This document shows, piece after piece, positions 11,426 to 23,846 of a DNA stretch of 64,000 nucleotides. The notes below the pieces were generated by a model. That model saw only the letters and a list, made by a program, of their open reading frames with translations. It was not told the origin of the DNA and did no database searches. Both the position numbers and the translations under genes were made by a program. Position 1 is the first letter of the stretch. Each line of letters starts with the position of its first letter. This stretch comes from Hydrurus foetidus (lineage: Eukaryota). The stretch lies in assembly GCA_900617105.1 (NCBI GenBank), contig UYFQ01000806.1, positions 1-64,000 of the forward strand, read 5' to 3'.

Positions 11426-13406
11426 ATGAGGAAACATGGAAACCCGAAGCAGAATGTTCATGGTGGACCACATTCCACTGACGCCGATTATCAATCAAAA
11501 AGGGGTAATTCTGGAAATCTCAGGGAACTCACCAAAGAGAATCCTAGCTCGATAGATGATCGTGCCACATCGCCATCGGCGTGGATTTATAAGGGGGGGA
11601 AAACACTGCAAGATTTCTGCCGCCCGTTCATTGGTGGTGGTACACCAGCAAAAGTAGGCAATAAGTCAGATGCCTCCGTCGCCTCATGGCGCAAAATGGC
11701 CGCAAAAACAATACTGAGTAGCGAAAACATAAATAGTGATGATGAGTTCGAAAAGCCGAATGATGGAAGTCGGGGCGGGCGATTAGACGATGATCACATG
11801 CAACATTCGCAGTTTCGACTTGACAGCAGCAAAGAGGACTCAGCTGAAGTGTCCTCTAAATCGCTGCCATATGTTGGAAATCTCACAATGATTCCTGATG
11901 AACCAAGGATTATAGCTCCTAATGTTAGCAAATTGTCACCTAGGTCTGTCGTGGAAATTCGTTTGCAGTCAACGAACGAGTGTGTGGCCATCTTATGCTC
12001 AGTCGATGTCCTCAAGATGCGGTCATCATTTTTCTACGAGGTGCTGAATGAACAAGAGGATAATAGGGCTTATGGTTCTCGCGAGCAGCATGATATTTGG
12101 AGACATCCCCTCTTGATCCCCGAAACATCTCCTTTTGAAGCAGCTGCATTCTTGGAATCCCTGCATGAGGGACGGTCCGTTTTCAAGGGGGACTGGGTGT
12201 ACTGCTGGGCGAGACTGAGGTACGTCTTCACAGTGCATTATCACTAGTAGAAGTATCTTCATTTATTTTTCGCACGTCCTCTACTACCACAGCGTCGCAT
12301 GGCAAATACAGGATTTAGTACTGGAGTATGCCTCTCAGATAGACCTTCATTTCGGCAATCTATTTTCCATTGTAAAGAGTAAGAGCTGGAGGACCAACCC
12401 CAACATTTGGGTTGGAGCGCGGGTAGCTGTTTTCAGGAAAGGCGCCACACCGATGCCCACAGTGGTCACAGGGTACGTGCACAGACTTGTATTGAGTTGT
12501 CACAGCGCAGCATTACCAACACCAATATGCTGAGCATAGCATTTGATTTCTATAATTGTTCCTTACAGGACAATCATTGACTCGGGAAGTGCGATATCCT
12601 ACTCGAAGATCAGAGTGCAATTCGACTCCAGCGAGCCAAGCAGAGTTCCAGTGGTGCAGAAAGTAGTGCACTGCTCCAGTGCCATCTCGGCATCGATGAT
12701 GTCAGTGGGATTCTTCGGTCTGGACACCCCCTTGTGCAGTCCCATAGGGAACTCTTACATGTCCAACAACAACGGCACTAACAACGCGCATCAAGCTGTG
12801 CCATTCACCCCCAGGATACCGAACTCCCCGAGATCGCTGCACACTCCCACATCCTCAAGCGGGATGAATGCACGGGGGGCAGCCAATGGGGCCGGGCTAG
12901 GGTCCATCCCAGGGGGGTCTGTGATAGCGGATGTGGGGGAGCCCTTTTGGGTCCAGCTGCTGCACCCCCGCACACACGGGGTCTCCACACCGATACCGAC
13001 TACCACTCATAGGACACACTATGATAGTGCATTGGAGGGAGCACCACTGACAGATGCGTGTGACATCAAAAGATCGGATAGCAAGGAATGCAATGCCTTC
13101 CAGGGTTACGGCACGTGGTCGGACCCCGATGAACAGTCCATGGCAGAAATGAAAAAATATGTAACTGCGACAGATAAAAGAATGTTCTGGGAAATGACGA
13201 AGGCGATTATCGAGTTACCCGAAATCACTGAGTTCTGCAGTATGTCTATAAAAAGTTCCAAAGATCTCGCCATATTGTTGAGAAAAACGGAATATAAGGT
13301 GCTGTGGACCAGTGAGGGAGCTGATATAATACCCAAGCAGACAGCAGCGGATTTAGTCCGAGCCGCTTATGTGTCTGATGCAGATAGCAGGAGTTCAAAT
13401 GTGTGA
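11426..13406 (+). CDS. Multi-exon hypothetical protein, possibly with a BTB-like domain
   Basis: ORFs 11426..12247 and 12543..13406 can be linked through GT-AG introns (near 12220-12291 and 12473-12568); VDVLKMRSSFFYEVL...FEAAAFLESLH loosely resembles BTB. Confidence 0.5.
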
Positions 13407-13798
13407 TTTCTCTAATAGCTGTAAAGATAGTTTGTAAAGTACGTATATTTTATCTATTCGTATTCGTATTCGGACGTCATTGTCTTCATACTGTGAATCG
13501 TTCACTCCTGTCCCCTAGACGAAGATAGTGAAGCAGAATGTTCAACTTAATACTAAAGTAGATTAGCACTAATAGTACGCATTGTTTCATCAACTTTTAG
13601 AGGAAACAGTGATAGGTCTTCAACTCTATCAGCTGCTCAGGCATTTAGGATATCATGCACGAAAAATTGGGGGTCACTGAATCACCATTAAAATCTCCAC
13701 TTGGATTCAAATGAACGGCAGCAATAGCATCAGCGCTGCGCTTAAATCTCTGTTGTGAACAATAGAATGGGATGAGAGAAGGATTATTAATCATTGAC

Positions 13799-14542
13799 CT
13801 AAGGAGGGGAAGGACTATGTACCTTGATGAAGTTGTGGGGGAGAGGGGGGGGGAATTCGTAAACCCACGCCCAGTAAAGCTCAATCTCATTCCCGTCATC
13901 AAAAGGCAGAATCTTCTTGATAATGGCTCCACAAAGCGGACAATTGTTACAGCAATCCCTTTCAGATTCTCCATCCTCAGCGCAGATATCTTCTTCGAGA
14001 ATGCATCCCAAACACACACAATGGTGCTCACAAGGAAAAAAAACGTGGTCGGATGTTTCCTTCTGACAAAGAACGCACTTTTTGCTGTATTTGATATCGC
14101 TATATGGCCTCTCTTTCGCGTAAACTCTCGCCATTCCAAAATAATCTTGTTTTCTTTCGCTGAGAGAGCTCTCCGATCGATCTGGAAGTTTGTGCATACT
14201 GTTCTCAGAAGTGTTATGAAAACACTTCTGCAATTGTTCAGGCTCCCCATGGGTTTCGTCCATATCGCTGTAGTTGCCTGGAAGTTCTTCTAACAATGAA
14301 GCCTGTGAAATATTAAGATTCAATGCGGACAGCTTGTGCGAAAGCACCGCAACTCTTAATTGTTCCACAAAGTTGGAATCGTCGGTGTGATCAATTCTCT
14401 CTCGAATCACTAGACCCGATTTTTGAGAAGGCGACTCCCACTGGCTGAGTCCGCTGCTTCTATTGTAGTAATAGTGTGTACTTTGTCCCGGATCATAGTG
14501 TCTCGACCAATTTTCACCTACTTCTTTTGTATCAGCAATCAT
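13799..14542 (-). CDS. WW-domain + C3HC4 RING finger protein (putative E3 ubiquitin ligase)
   Basis: WSRHYDPGQSTHYYYNRSSGLSQWESP (WW) and CVLC...FFPCEHHCVCLGC...CPLC (RING). Confidence 0.8.
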   Translation of the reverse strand: MIADTKEVGENWSRHYDPGQSTHYYYNRSSGLSQWESPSQKSGLVIRERIDHTDDSNFVEQLRVAVLSHKLSALNLNISQASLLEELPGNYSDMDETHGEPEQLQKCFHNTSENSMHKLPDRSESSLSERKQDYFGMARVYAKERPYSDIKYSKKCVLCQKETSDHVFFPCEHHCVCLGCILEEDICAEDGESERDCCNNCPLCGAIIKKILPFDDGNEIELYWAWVYEFPPPLPHNFIKVHSPSPP

Positions 14543-15513
14543 GCTCTCTCGTTCTAATTTGGTGTCGACTCTGTGATCGGAATGCGGCGAGCGCAGAAGT
14601 TTTGATTAAATGAGGCGCTCAAATGATACTACTTCACCATCTCAGTCATTATTTTGATCCTGCTTCATGCCGACAGAGAACTCCCAGTAGTGGTTTGACA
14701 GCAAATGGGCATCCCGAGAGTCTTCAGTCAGAGTGCTGAATGATGGAATGATCCATCAGAGGGTTAGCGGAACTGGAACCGATTCCAGACCTTCGGGACA
14801 CCGACGGTACGGTACTCTAATTGTCACTCAAATGGACTGTTGAAACTGACGACTCCAGATAACACCAGTTGGTTAAGTTGAACGGATCGCGGAGAACAGC
14901 ATTGCTGGTGACTGTCTTGTAAAGTGCTCCCCTGCATTCTCTATCAACAATAGGATGAATGAGAAGGTAGATCCAGTAATCTACAATTTGTCGAGCACTG
15001 TAGAGGAGAATTATGCTCCTGTCACGCAGAATAATTTCATCGCTGTATCAATCTTACAGAAAGATCCAAGACATGAGTGGTCATCGGTATGTGCCACGTC
15101 CATCAGTGTGCATCGCATCGCACAAGACGCAGAGTAGTTGTGCCGAGTGAGACGTTGCCACACGAGGGACATGACAGTATGCAGCTGATAAGGCTGTTTG
15201 ATTATGTATGATCTGTGACAAAAAGCATTTGTCACGATATTCGAGTATTCCGACATATTATGGTGAGAAAATATTATGATGACGATGGGATGCGCAATTT
15301 GCAGTGAAGGTGTGTCGTGTGGTGTCGTGTTGTGTTGCTTATGCAATGGAGATTGGAGATAGTGCGCATGGTATGTTACATATCACATTCCGCATCTGAT
15401 CGATAGCACATCCACCACGCTATCGTGTTCGATCCTATCGCACTCCAATTCACTGTGACTTGTCAGTATCAGTATCACTGGGAAGGGGAGGATTGGACTG
15501 GATAGATCTGAAC

Positions 15514-17534
15514 TTATGACGGAATGGCGGGCCACAGTCCGATGCTCTGTCCCCCTATAGCGAACACCTGCAGCACAACCTCAATGACGATCAGCCAAAT
15601 CACGATCCACTCCAGCTTCACAGCGTGCGCGTTTTCCATTTGCTGTTGCAGCACGTCCAGCAATTCTCTCAACATGTCCAGTCGCTTGTTCAGCACTTCT
15701 GTGCGGCCGCTCATCTCCAAGTATCGCATCACCTGTTTGTAATAGAGGACAAGTGCGATGAGTGCGAAGAATAGGGATTGATTTTGATAAGGGGGCAGTT
15801 TGGTCATTATGAGATAGCTCACCATTTTGTAATCCCCGAGAAAGAGTTCTTCCTTCCTGCAGTGTGATTCGTATAATGGAAATGGCGGAGATATGCGGAT
15901 AAGTCAGTGCAGTGCAATGACAGGCAGAAATGCAATTGAAGATGAGGAAAACTGTTCAGCCATACAATATGTCTCATTATGCAGCTAAGGGGAACAGGGA
16001 AGGGGTAGGAATGTCGCATGATCTTCTGGCATCTCCAGGAATATTATCAGCTCTTGATTAAAACAGTTCTCCTCTCCTCTTCTCTTCTCTTCTTTTCTAT
16101 TCTCTTCTTCTCTTATCAAAATAAAAATCTGCATTGCCTTTGCAGAGTCGCACGGAGTTCTTAGACTCACCAGAAGAAGTCGGGTGTGTCTAATATTTCC
16201 GTATGCAAATTAACGTCGTGCCTTATGACGAATACTTCTCCTGTGTTGCATAAAATGTCCAAACAAGGAGTAAAGTATGTCAGCAAGTAGTGACGTGCGT
16301 CTCCAAAGTAAGGATGATATGATGAGTGCAGATCGCTGGCAAGCACATGCGAAGTTGCGATGCAAAGGATGTGAAAATAACATTGCATGGCAAGTATCTG
16401 AGCAACGGACACCTCACCTATCATCATTCCCAGCTGCCTCTCCGACAGCTGCACTTTGCCTGACACGGCTAGCGTCTCTGGAATATACCGATAGTCCTCC
16501 ACCTTCAACTCCACTCTAGCCTCAAAAATCGCGAGAACAGTTGATTGTGCGATTGCAAAAGACACTGACATGCGCTGCTTGGTTGTGGTGTCGTCTGGCA
16601 ACGTGATGACGTCATTCGCAATCGTGATCGTTGCTGCGTCAGCTGTGGGGGCACACACGAAGGCCATGTCGTCTTCGCCAGACTGAAATTCTTGGGCATG
16701 CACAAATCCTTTCGTGACAAACATTCGAATCGTCTTCAACAAATTTGTTTCTTCTCCCCTCGAAAACCCCCAAAATACCGCACTACCAAAATCAAATACA
16801 AAGACTTCCTGGGCTCCAATACCAGATATGCGAGAGCTGTCACTCCACTGCGGGATGGGGGATTCATTTATGGCTAAACCACAATTTGCTGAGCTGCCAT
16901 GAATGATTCTAATCTGATCATTCACTGTCGAGTTATTATCGAGCTGTCTGTCAACGACGTTTAGCATTCCGCCGTTTTCCCCCCATGAGTTCTGCAAAGC
17001 GGTAGAGTTTGCGCTGTTGAAAACTGCTTTGGGTTGCGATTCCTCAATCCCTCCTTTGTATAAGTGCAGCACATCGGCGTATAGCTGATATTTCCAGCCG
17101 TGTGACAGACTTTCGGCCCCCACCAAATGGTCGAACAGTTTCTGGACATCAATTTCGCTGCTCAAACAACAGAAATACAAGCGCCTCTTCTTACGCCTTT
17201 GGCGAAATTCACCTCCTTTGCTACGAGCAGCCAACTTTTTACGCTGCCTTCCAGTGCGCAAAAGACGAGTCGCATAGTTCTGGTTTTCACCGAATTCATC
17301 TATCGATAGTGTTGATCTTTTATCATCATCCTCTGGATCTGTATCATTGCCATCAATGGAGCGCAATCTCGCGTAACGAGTTCCGGTACCGGTACCAGCA
17401 CCGGTAGAGAAAGGCTGGCTAAAGGATGGCGAATAATATTGGTCTCTGGTTTCGATTTCTGAGTCGGAGTGTCCATTTGACGAGCGGTGGGAGTTCAAAT
17501 TTCCGCTTGAATGGAGAGCAGTGTAATTCGACAT
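15514..17534 (-). CDS. RMD1/DUF155 family protein, 4 exons
   Basis: FVFDFGSAVFWGF, SFAIAQSTVLAIFE, DVNLHTEILDTPDFFW, YLEMSGRTEVLNKRL, LEWIVIWLIVIEV; introns include a stop-free one at 16417-16241. Confidence 0.88.
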
Positions 17535-18255
17535 TGCCTTGAACAACTCTTTTGCGTTACCCACGCGATTAGTATTGCCCAATGTTAGTGCAGAATACCA
17601 GCTTATTCAGCTTACTGTAGCTGAAAGCATAGCATAGTCTATAGATTCGGAGACGAAGGACGAAGTGATTGGTTCACTTTAACAGGCGGACTAAATCATA
17701 ACCGTCCAGTACCTAATAAAACTAAAACTCCCATTGAATTCGATTGACCAATCTGTGCTCTGTGCTCCGGTGCTCTGTGCCCTCATGCGCACAAGGTCAC
17801 ATCGCACAACAAACCCTCATCGGCTTCACAGCAAGGCTTCTCTCCTTCGCTAGAATAGCTTTGAAATCAATGAGAACTGACAGGAAGAAACAGAATCTCT
17901 CCCGCCGGCATGAGCAGCTGGTGCAGTTGCCCACTAACATCGGCAACAAATTGTCAGCTACCATCTTGGTTGCGCACTACGCGCTTCAAATCTGCTCCCA
18001 TGCATCGTCTTTCTTCCGCTAACAGTCTATTTGCAGGACGCATTGTTGTTCAAAGTAGTGAAATCGCGAATTCAGGTCGAAAACTGGTCCAAACCTCCAG
18101 TGGGCGAAATGCATTTTTATTTGCAAAGTGTTGCGTTCCAGCCCTACACCTTGAAAAGTTGACCGTATTTTTGGAGTCATGAAATATGACAGCGTGGCTG
18201 ACTAGCAGGACTCTCCATAATTCAACGCGTCTCCTCAGACATCACTCTCAACATC

Positions 18256-18633
18256 ATGACCCAAATTATCGTCATCCTCGCCACCATCAGCCTTCTGCTA
18301 GTCAACATTGCCGTGGCGCAATTACCTATACCATTGCCAGAACTTCCTATTCCTTTGCCGGCGCTGCCAGCACTACCAGCTTTACCAGCCTTACCTGCGC
18401 TTCCAGCTTGTCCCGCCGGTTTTGGTGCTCTCTTAGCTCTGTGTGTCCCCTGCCCAGCTGGCACTACCTCTCTTCTCGCAGGTCCTTGCGTAAGTTGTCC
18501 TGTCGGTTACTACACAGTGGGAGGAGCATCCGCATGCTACCCTTGCCCAGCGGGCACTGTTTCAGCCCCTGCAGGAGAGTCCTGTATCGTCGGTCTAGCT
18601 GGAAAGGCCAAGGCCAAGGGCGGCAAATTATAA
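18256..18633 (+). CDS. Small secreted Pro/Leu-rich, Cys-rich protein (LPA repeats + CxxCPxG repeats)
   Basis: Hydrophobic N-terminus MTQIIVILATISLLLVNIAVA, LPx tripeptide run, CPAG/CPVG units, basic C-terminal tail. Confidence 0.65.
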   Translation: MTQIIVILATISLLLVNIAVAQLPIPLPELPIPLPALPALPALPALPALPACPAGFGALLALCVPCPAGTTSLLAGPCVSCPVGYYTVGGASACYPCPAGTVSAPAGESCIVGLAGKAKAKGGKL

Positions 18634-20790
18634 GAACATCTCAAGATCGCACGTATTTTTCATGGCGAAGACACAGGCTGGTTGCATCGATCAAATCATC
18701 AAAGTTCCGGCCTCCAAATATCATGAAGCTTTACAGTTCCGATTTACCAACATGCCATTCAATCCCTATCTGATCGCATGTTAAGTTCATGGAGTCGCCC
18801 ATCCCGATCAACCTGCAGCTATCTCTTCCTAAAATCTATTGCGTATACATTCGCGCATCCTTGTATGAGCACTATTCGGCGTATTCTCGATCCATCAGAC
18901 GGAGTGACTCATTTCTCTCGGGGCTGTAAGCCTCGACAGCTTAATTTTTAATTAAGTATGATCAGCAACTCAAACGAAGACATACTTTTTCTGGGTTCAC
19001 TATTTGCTAGCTGCCGAACATGGTCTTGAGCTCGAAGGAACACATCTCATGGCATCCATTTAGGAACGACACATGCAACTTCGGAACACGGGGTATATCA
19101 AATAATTCTTTTTATGGTCTTCGGAACTCTGAAAGCGGTGGCTGACAGAGTCAGGATGACGATTGTCAGCACACCGATCGAGTAATATGTGAAATGATAA
19201 TGCCACGATGGAGAGGAATGCGTTATCATGTCTAAGTAAATATGAAAATCTCTGTCGTGTGATCAGTGAATCAGCGTTAGTACCGCAGACGATGCCACCA
19301 CAGATGGACTACTGGACGTGAACCACGACACATGTAAAAAGAAATTCTTGCAGGGACTTCATTTGATTTGAATTCTCAACCTTCAGTTTCTAAATCGAAC
19401 CCTCACTGGCATCACACTGCTGCCTCTACACCCTCAATCTCACTTGATGCTGACAGCTCGTCGTATCGCACCGTAAACATCATCGCGATAACTCCCCTAT
19501 TATTTTCTGACATACTTCGCAATACTAACACTCTTTTGACGATTGTAGAAACGGGCACTCCAGGTATTTCAGCAGTCAACACATTCTAATCTGCACGAGA
19601 GTAACTTTCTTCTTCGGTGTTGACCCCGCAGTACCATATGCTGCGAATCAGACAATGCTACCATCCCCTCCTGTAAGTTGACATATTAAGTCCAATATTT
19701 GATACGTCTCAGGCAATTCACCAGCGACTCTACGATACCGTGCGACAACTTTTGGTATGAAACGACTGACGCAATCCCTTGGGGGAAAGGAAAAAATGGG
19801 GACGGAATGAGTGAGAGAACATCTCAAAGACACACTCTGAATATTCTCAGGGTAAATGGTTTGAAACTCCAGAAATATGATGCACCATGTATAGAAAGAG
19901 AGTGAAAGATATATGAGACGGACTAGGCTGAGATTTGGAGCATCATGTTGGGTGCATGCGTACGTGAACGAACAATTTGTCTCTTTGGGGAAGGGGGTTG
20001 ATGGACAGAAAATGGTCGCATTCTACGGTGGATCGTCATCACTCTGTATCAGAGTCAGAATCATGTTCCTTCTATTCGAAGCCGTTTATGATATCGTTGT
20101 TTGAGGTCTGATTCATCGAAATGCAAGTGCAAAGCCATATCCTGCGCAGTCAACATTTACACCCACAATTGATATTTTTGTTTCTTTAGGATTTAGAAAA
20201 ACATGCGATAGATTGGTTGTATTTGTTCTTGGGGTTGAGAAGATTTTTTGTTAGGTTCCAGCTGGATTTAATATCATAGTCAATTGTGCAGCTTTAATGT
20301 ATTCAACAGGATTTATATGACCTACTGCTGTTGTTTCAGAAAGTGTGGCGCCTGATTCTGCGGGGACAATTATATCTTCACTAGCGGCAAGATGTGGTAA
20401 GATGATGAGATACTAAGTACCACATGACAGAAGTGCTCACGTGGGCGAGATGAAGTAGTTAATGAATTTAAGAAATATTGAGATATCATTCCGTCATTAT
20501 AAGTGGGAAAGGCAGCGCATCTATGAGGATGCTCGCGGCAGAACGCGAGCGTGTGGTCATGCCGTAAACTGACCGGTATACACAGCCGATTCGTACGGGC
20601 GATGGGAACTTTTGTACAGCAGCAGGTACAGTCAAACTGCGTCAGAAAACAGGAAACTGCGGGTGGGGGGTCGCGTGTCCCCTGCGCGTTGCACATCACC
20701 GATTTCAAGATTTTCTCTGGAGACCTTTGTCAAACGATAATAGCAGAGGTCAGATATAATCTTTCAACTTATTACCCAAACGAATTCAAA

Positions 20791-22248
20791 ATGGGCAAAG
20801 GTGGTGAAAGCGCACAGCAACAGAAGGTGAGACAGATTAGTCTCGAGGAGCTCTCCGAGCATCGCACCCCCGAAGACGCATGGATGACTTATAAAGGAAA
20901 AGTCTATGACGTGTCAGGATGGCAGGATCACCCAGGTACACAAATATCAGTAACAAACCTCGCGAAGAAAACAAGGACTCAACATTATCCCATATTCACA
21001 GGCGGATCAGTTATATTCACCCACGCCGGAGATGACATGACGGACATATTTGCCGCATTTCACCCCGCCTCCGCCCTGAAGGACTTGCAAAAATTTGAGA
21101 TCGGCACCCTGGACGAATCAGTCATCCCCACTGGACTCTATGCAAACAAACTAAAGCCAGAGAAGCAGAAGGCATTCGAGAAAGGTTACCGTGAGCTGAG
21201 AGCCAAAATCCTGGCGGCGGGACTCTTCAACGCGTCACCAGCTTATTACGTATACAAAGTTTCATCAAACTTCTTACTCGTGGCAGCCTCCATCGCATGC
21301 GCTGTCATGACAGATAATTTCCTAGTGAACATGATCGGAGCAGTTATTCTAGCCTTCTTCTGGCAGCAGTGCGGCTGGCTTGCACACGACTTTCTCCACC
21401 ACCAAGTTTTCAAAAACAGAAAATACGGCGACTACATGGGAATCGTTGTTGGAAACATCTGCCAGGGTTTCTCAGTACAGTGGTGGAAATCGAAGCACAA
21501 CGCACATCACGCCGTACCCAACCTGCACGCCTCGTCACCAGAGGCATCTGACGGAGATCCGGACATCGACACAATGCCCATTCTGGCGTGGACCCTAAAG
21601 ATGGCCGAAAGCGCCAAGGAATCTGAAACCGGACGTTTCATGATCCGCTGGCAGGCGTTCTTCTATTTCCCCGCACTACTGTTCGCACGCATGGCATGGG
21701 CTCACCAGAGTTGGGTATTCGTATGGGGCGGCTTCGGACAACACTCCGTCAAGGGAGCCGAGATGGACAAGAAGAAGATGGCATACCCAGGACTTGAAAA
21801 AGTCGGCCTCGCGCTGCACTACGTCTGGCTACTAACTGTCATGAGTTACATGCCCATGATGAACGCTCTCGCATACTTCCTCGTTGCCCAGACCGGATGT
21901 GGCCTCCTCCTTGCCATCGTCTTCGGCCTCGGCCACAATGGCATGGCGGTCTACCCTGCAGACCAGAGACCCGACTTTTGGAAACTACAAGTCACCACTA
22001 CGAGAAACGTCACATCGAACTGGTTCGTAGACTGGTTCTGCGGTGGACTTCAATACCAGGTGGACCACCACCTGTTCCCCATGCTCCCAAGACACAACTT
22101 GAAAAAAGTACACGTGCTCGTGGAATCTTTCTGCAAAGAGTACGAGTTAACATATCACGAGGCGGACATGCTCACTGGCACTATGGAAGTGCTGAACCAC
22201 TTGAACAAAGTGTCGATAGAATTTATCGAACACTTCCCCGCCATGTAA
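20791..22248 (+). CDS. Front-end (delta-6-type) fatty acid desaturase with N-terminal cytochrome b5 domain; intron 20936-21001
   Basis: MGKGG start; HPG|G heme motif restored by splicing; His boxes HDFLHH, HNAHH and QVDHHLFP; DPDIDTMP. Confidence 0.93.
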   Translation: MGKGGESAQQQKVRQISLEELSEHRTPEDAWMTYKGKVYDVSGWQDHPGTQISVTNLAKKTRTQHYPIFTGGSVIFTHAGDDMTDIFAAFHPASALKDLQKFEIGTLDESVIPTGLYANKLKPEKQKAFEKGYRELRAKILAAGLFNASPAYYVYKVSSNFLLVAASIACAVMTDNFLVNMIGAVILAFFWQQCGWLAHDFLHHQVFKNRKYGDYMGIVVGNICQGFSVQWWKSKHNAHHAVPNLHASSPEASDGDPDIDTMPILAWTLKMAESAKESETGRFMIRWQAFFYFPALLFARMAWAHQSWVFVWGGFGQHSVKGAEMDKKKMAYPGLEKVGLALHYVWLLTVMSYMPMMNALAYFLVAQTGCGLLLAIVFGLGHNGMAVYPADQRPDFWKLQVTTTRNVTSNWFVDWFCGGLQYQVDHHLFPMLPRHNLKKVHVLVESFCKEYELTYHEADMLTGTMEVLNHLNKVSIEFIEHFPAM

Positions 22249-22612
22249 TATTATTCGATAGCTGCACCCCACACTTTTCACATACCTCTTTTTGTATCCA
22301 TACCTGTCGCAATAACCTAAATGTACCCACTTTCAACGACACCAATCTTTTACTTTCAAACGATGGCACCAACAAGCGAAAATACCCATACGCGACAATC
22401 AAGCCCGTTAAATAAACCCCAGCGACGTCTACAAACGGAATCAACAGACCGCACGGGTAGAGAACCCTCAAATGCCAACCGACCGAAGCAGAAATCGGCC
22501 TGATATGGCAAATCCAAACAAATAATTAATTAGAAATGAGAAAAAACCCATAACACCAGGCATGCCACAGCAGATAGAGAAGGACAGCCACTTCCTCGCA
22601 TGCATGGCAACC

Positions 22613-23762
22613 CTACAGCGAGAGTTCACCCAGAGCGTCTGCCACAGCATCGGCGAGGGCAGCAGACTCCGTTTTTGACGCACACAGGCATTTGATGTCG
22701 ACCCCAACTGAAGTGCCGTCTTTTGACATCTTCGCCAGGCAGCACACAATTCCTCCACCGACAGACTTCGCAGCGAGGGAAGCAGCACGTACGTTCTCTG
22801 CCTCTACTGTGTGGGAGTGCAGAAAGGTACCCACTGCTTTCAGGGCTGTCTTCGGCTTGACTGAACAAACTATCTTGACAGATGTAGAGGCCCACCGACT
22901 GGAGGATTTGCCCATGAGAGCTAAGAAGCCCTTCTCGTCCAGTTTATTGGGGGAGAATGCGCTGCACACAGGTATCTTCACCGCAGCTGCGATGGACTTC
23001 GAGTCGGGTCCTAAGAGGGAGTCGAAGGAGATGTGTGCCGTGCAGCTCACAAGGAGGTTACTCGTCAGTGCAGCCGCTGCCTCCCCAATGAGAACCAGAT
23101 CGGTGCTGGCAGAGTTGTCGTCCCCAGGGGCCAGCTGACTCGCCACCCTGACATTGGAGTTGCTAGGTGTTGCCGGCCTCACGACTGCTGAACTGCTGAA
23201 AGTCACGGTCACGCTCACAGTCCCATTCGAACTCGACAGGTTAACAGCTTTCAGTGTAATCGTGACCGTGTTGTTGCTCGCAGTAGTGGAATAGTATAAG
23301 TCCACGGTCTTATCGCTCAGCAAAGGAAGCCACACGTGACTGCTTTTCTTTCCTTTCTCCTTTTCTTTCTCCTTCGTTTTAGAGTCCTTCTTTTTCGATG
23401 AAATAACTTCAATAGGAGCATAGGCAGCTGGTGGGGGTAGAGCTATGGGCAGAGAGGGCATGGGAGGGTCGTTCCAATCCATCATGAGGAGATCGTTGCT
23501 GGCAGACTCTACAGTGCCTTTTTTTGACTTTGGTTTATCCTTCTTAGATTTCTTCGCACCAACATAATCCGCATCCTTGTCTTTTGATTTTTTTGAGCTC
23601 TTTTTTTCCTTTCCTTCTTCCTCCCTTCCTGCATTGCCACCATCTACTAACGACATGCTGACCGGCACTTCTCTGTGCTTCTGCACAGTGAAGACTTCAT
23701 CAGCTCTCAAAGGAGTTGTGATGTCCACGCTATCGAGATCAAACACCTACAGTGAAAAAAAA

Positions 23763-23846
<84 letters not shown>

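Noticed and set aside
13645..14293. 201-aa and 173-aa ORFs overlapping the WW-RING gene
   Set aside because: Alternative-frame and antisense shadows with no recognisable motifs
20551..20790. 80-aa N-terminal extension of the desaturase ORF
   Set aside because: Starts at GTG; the family-typical MGKGG start is at 20791 in good AAA-ATG context
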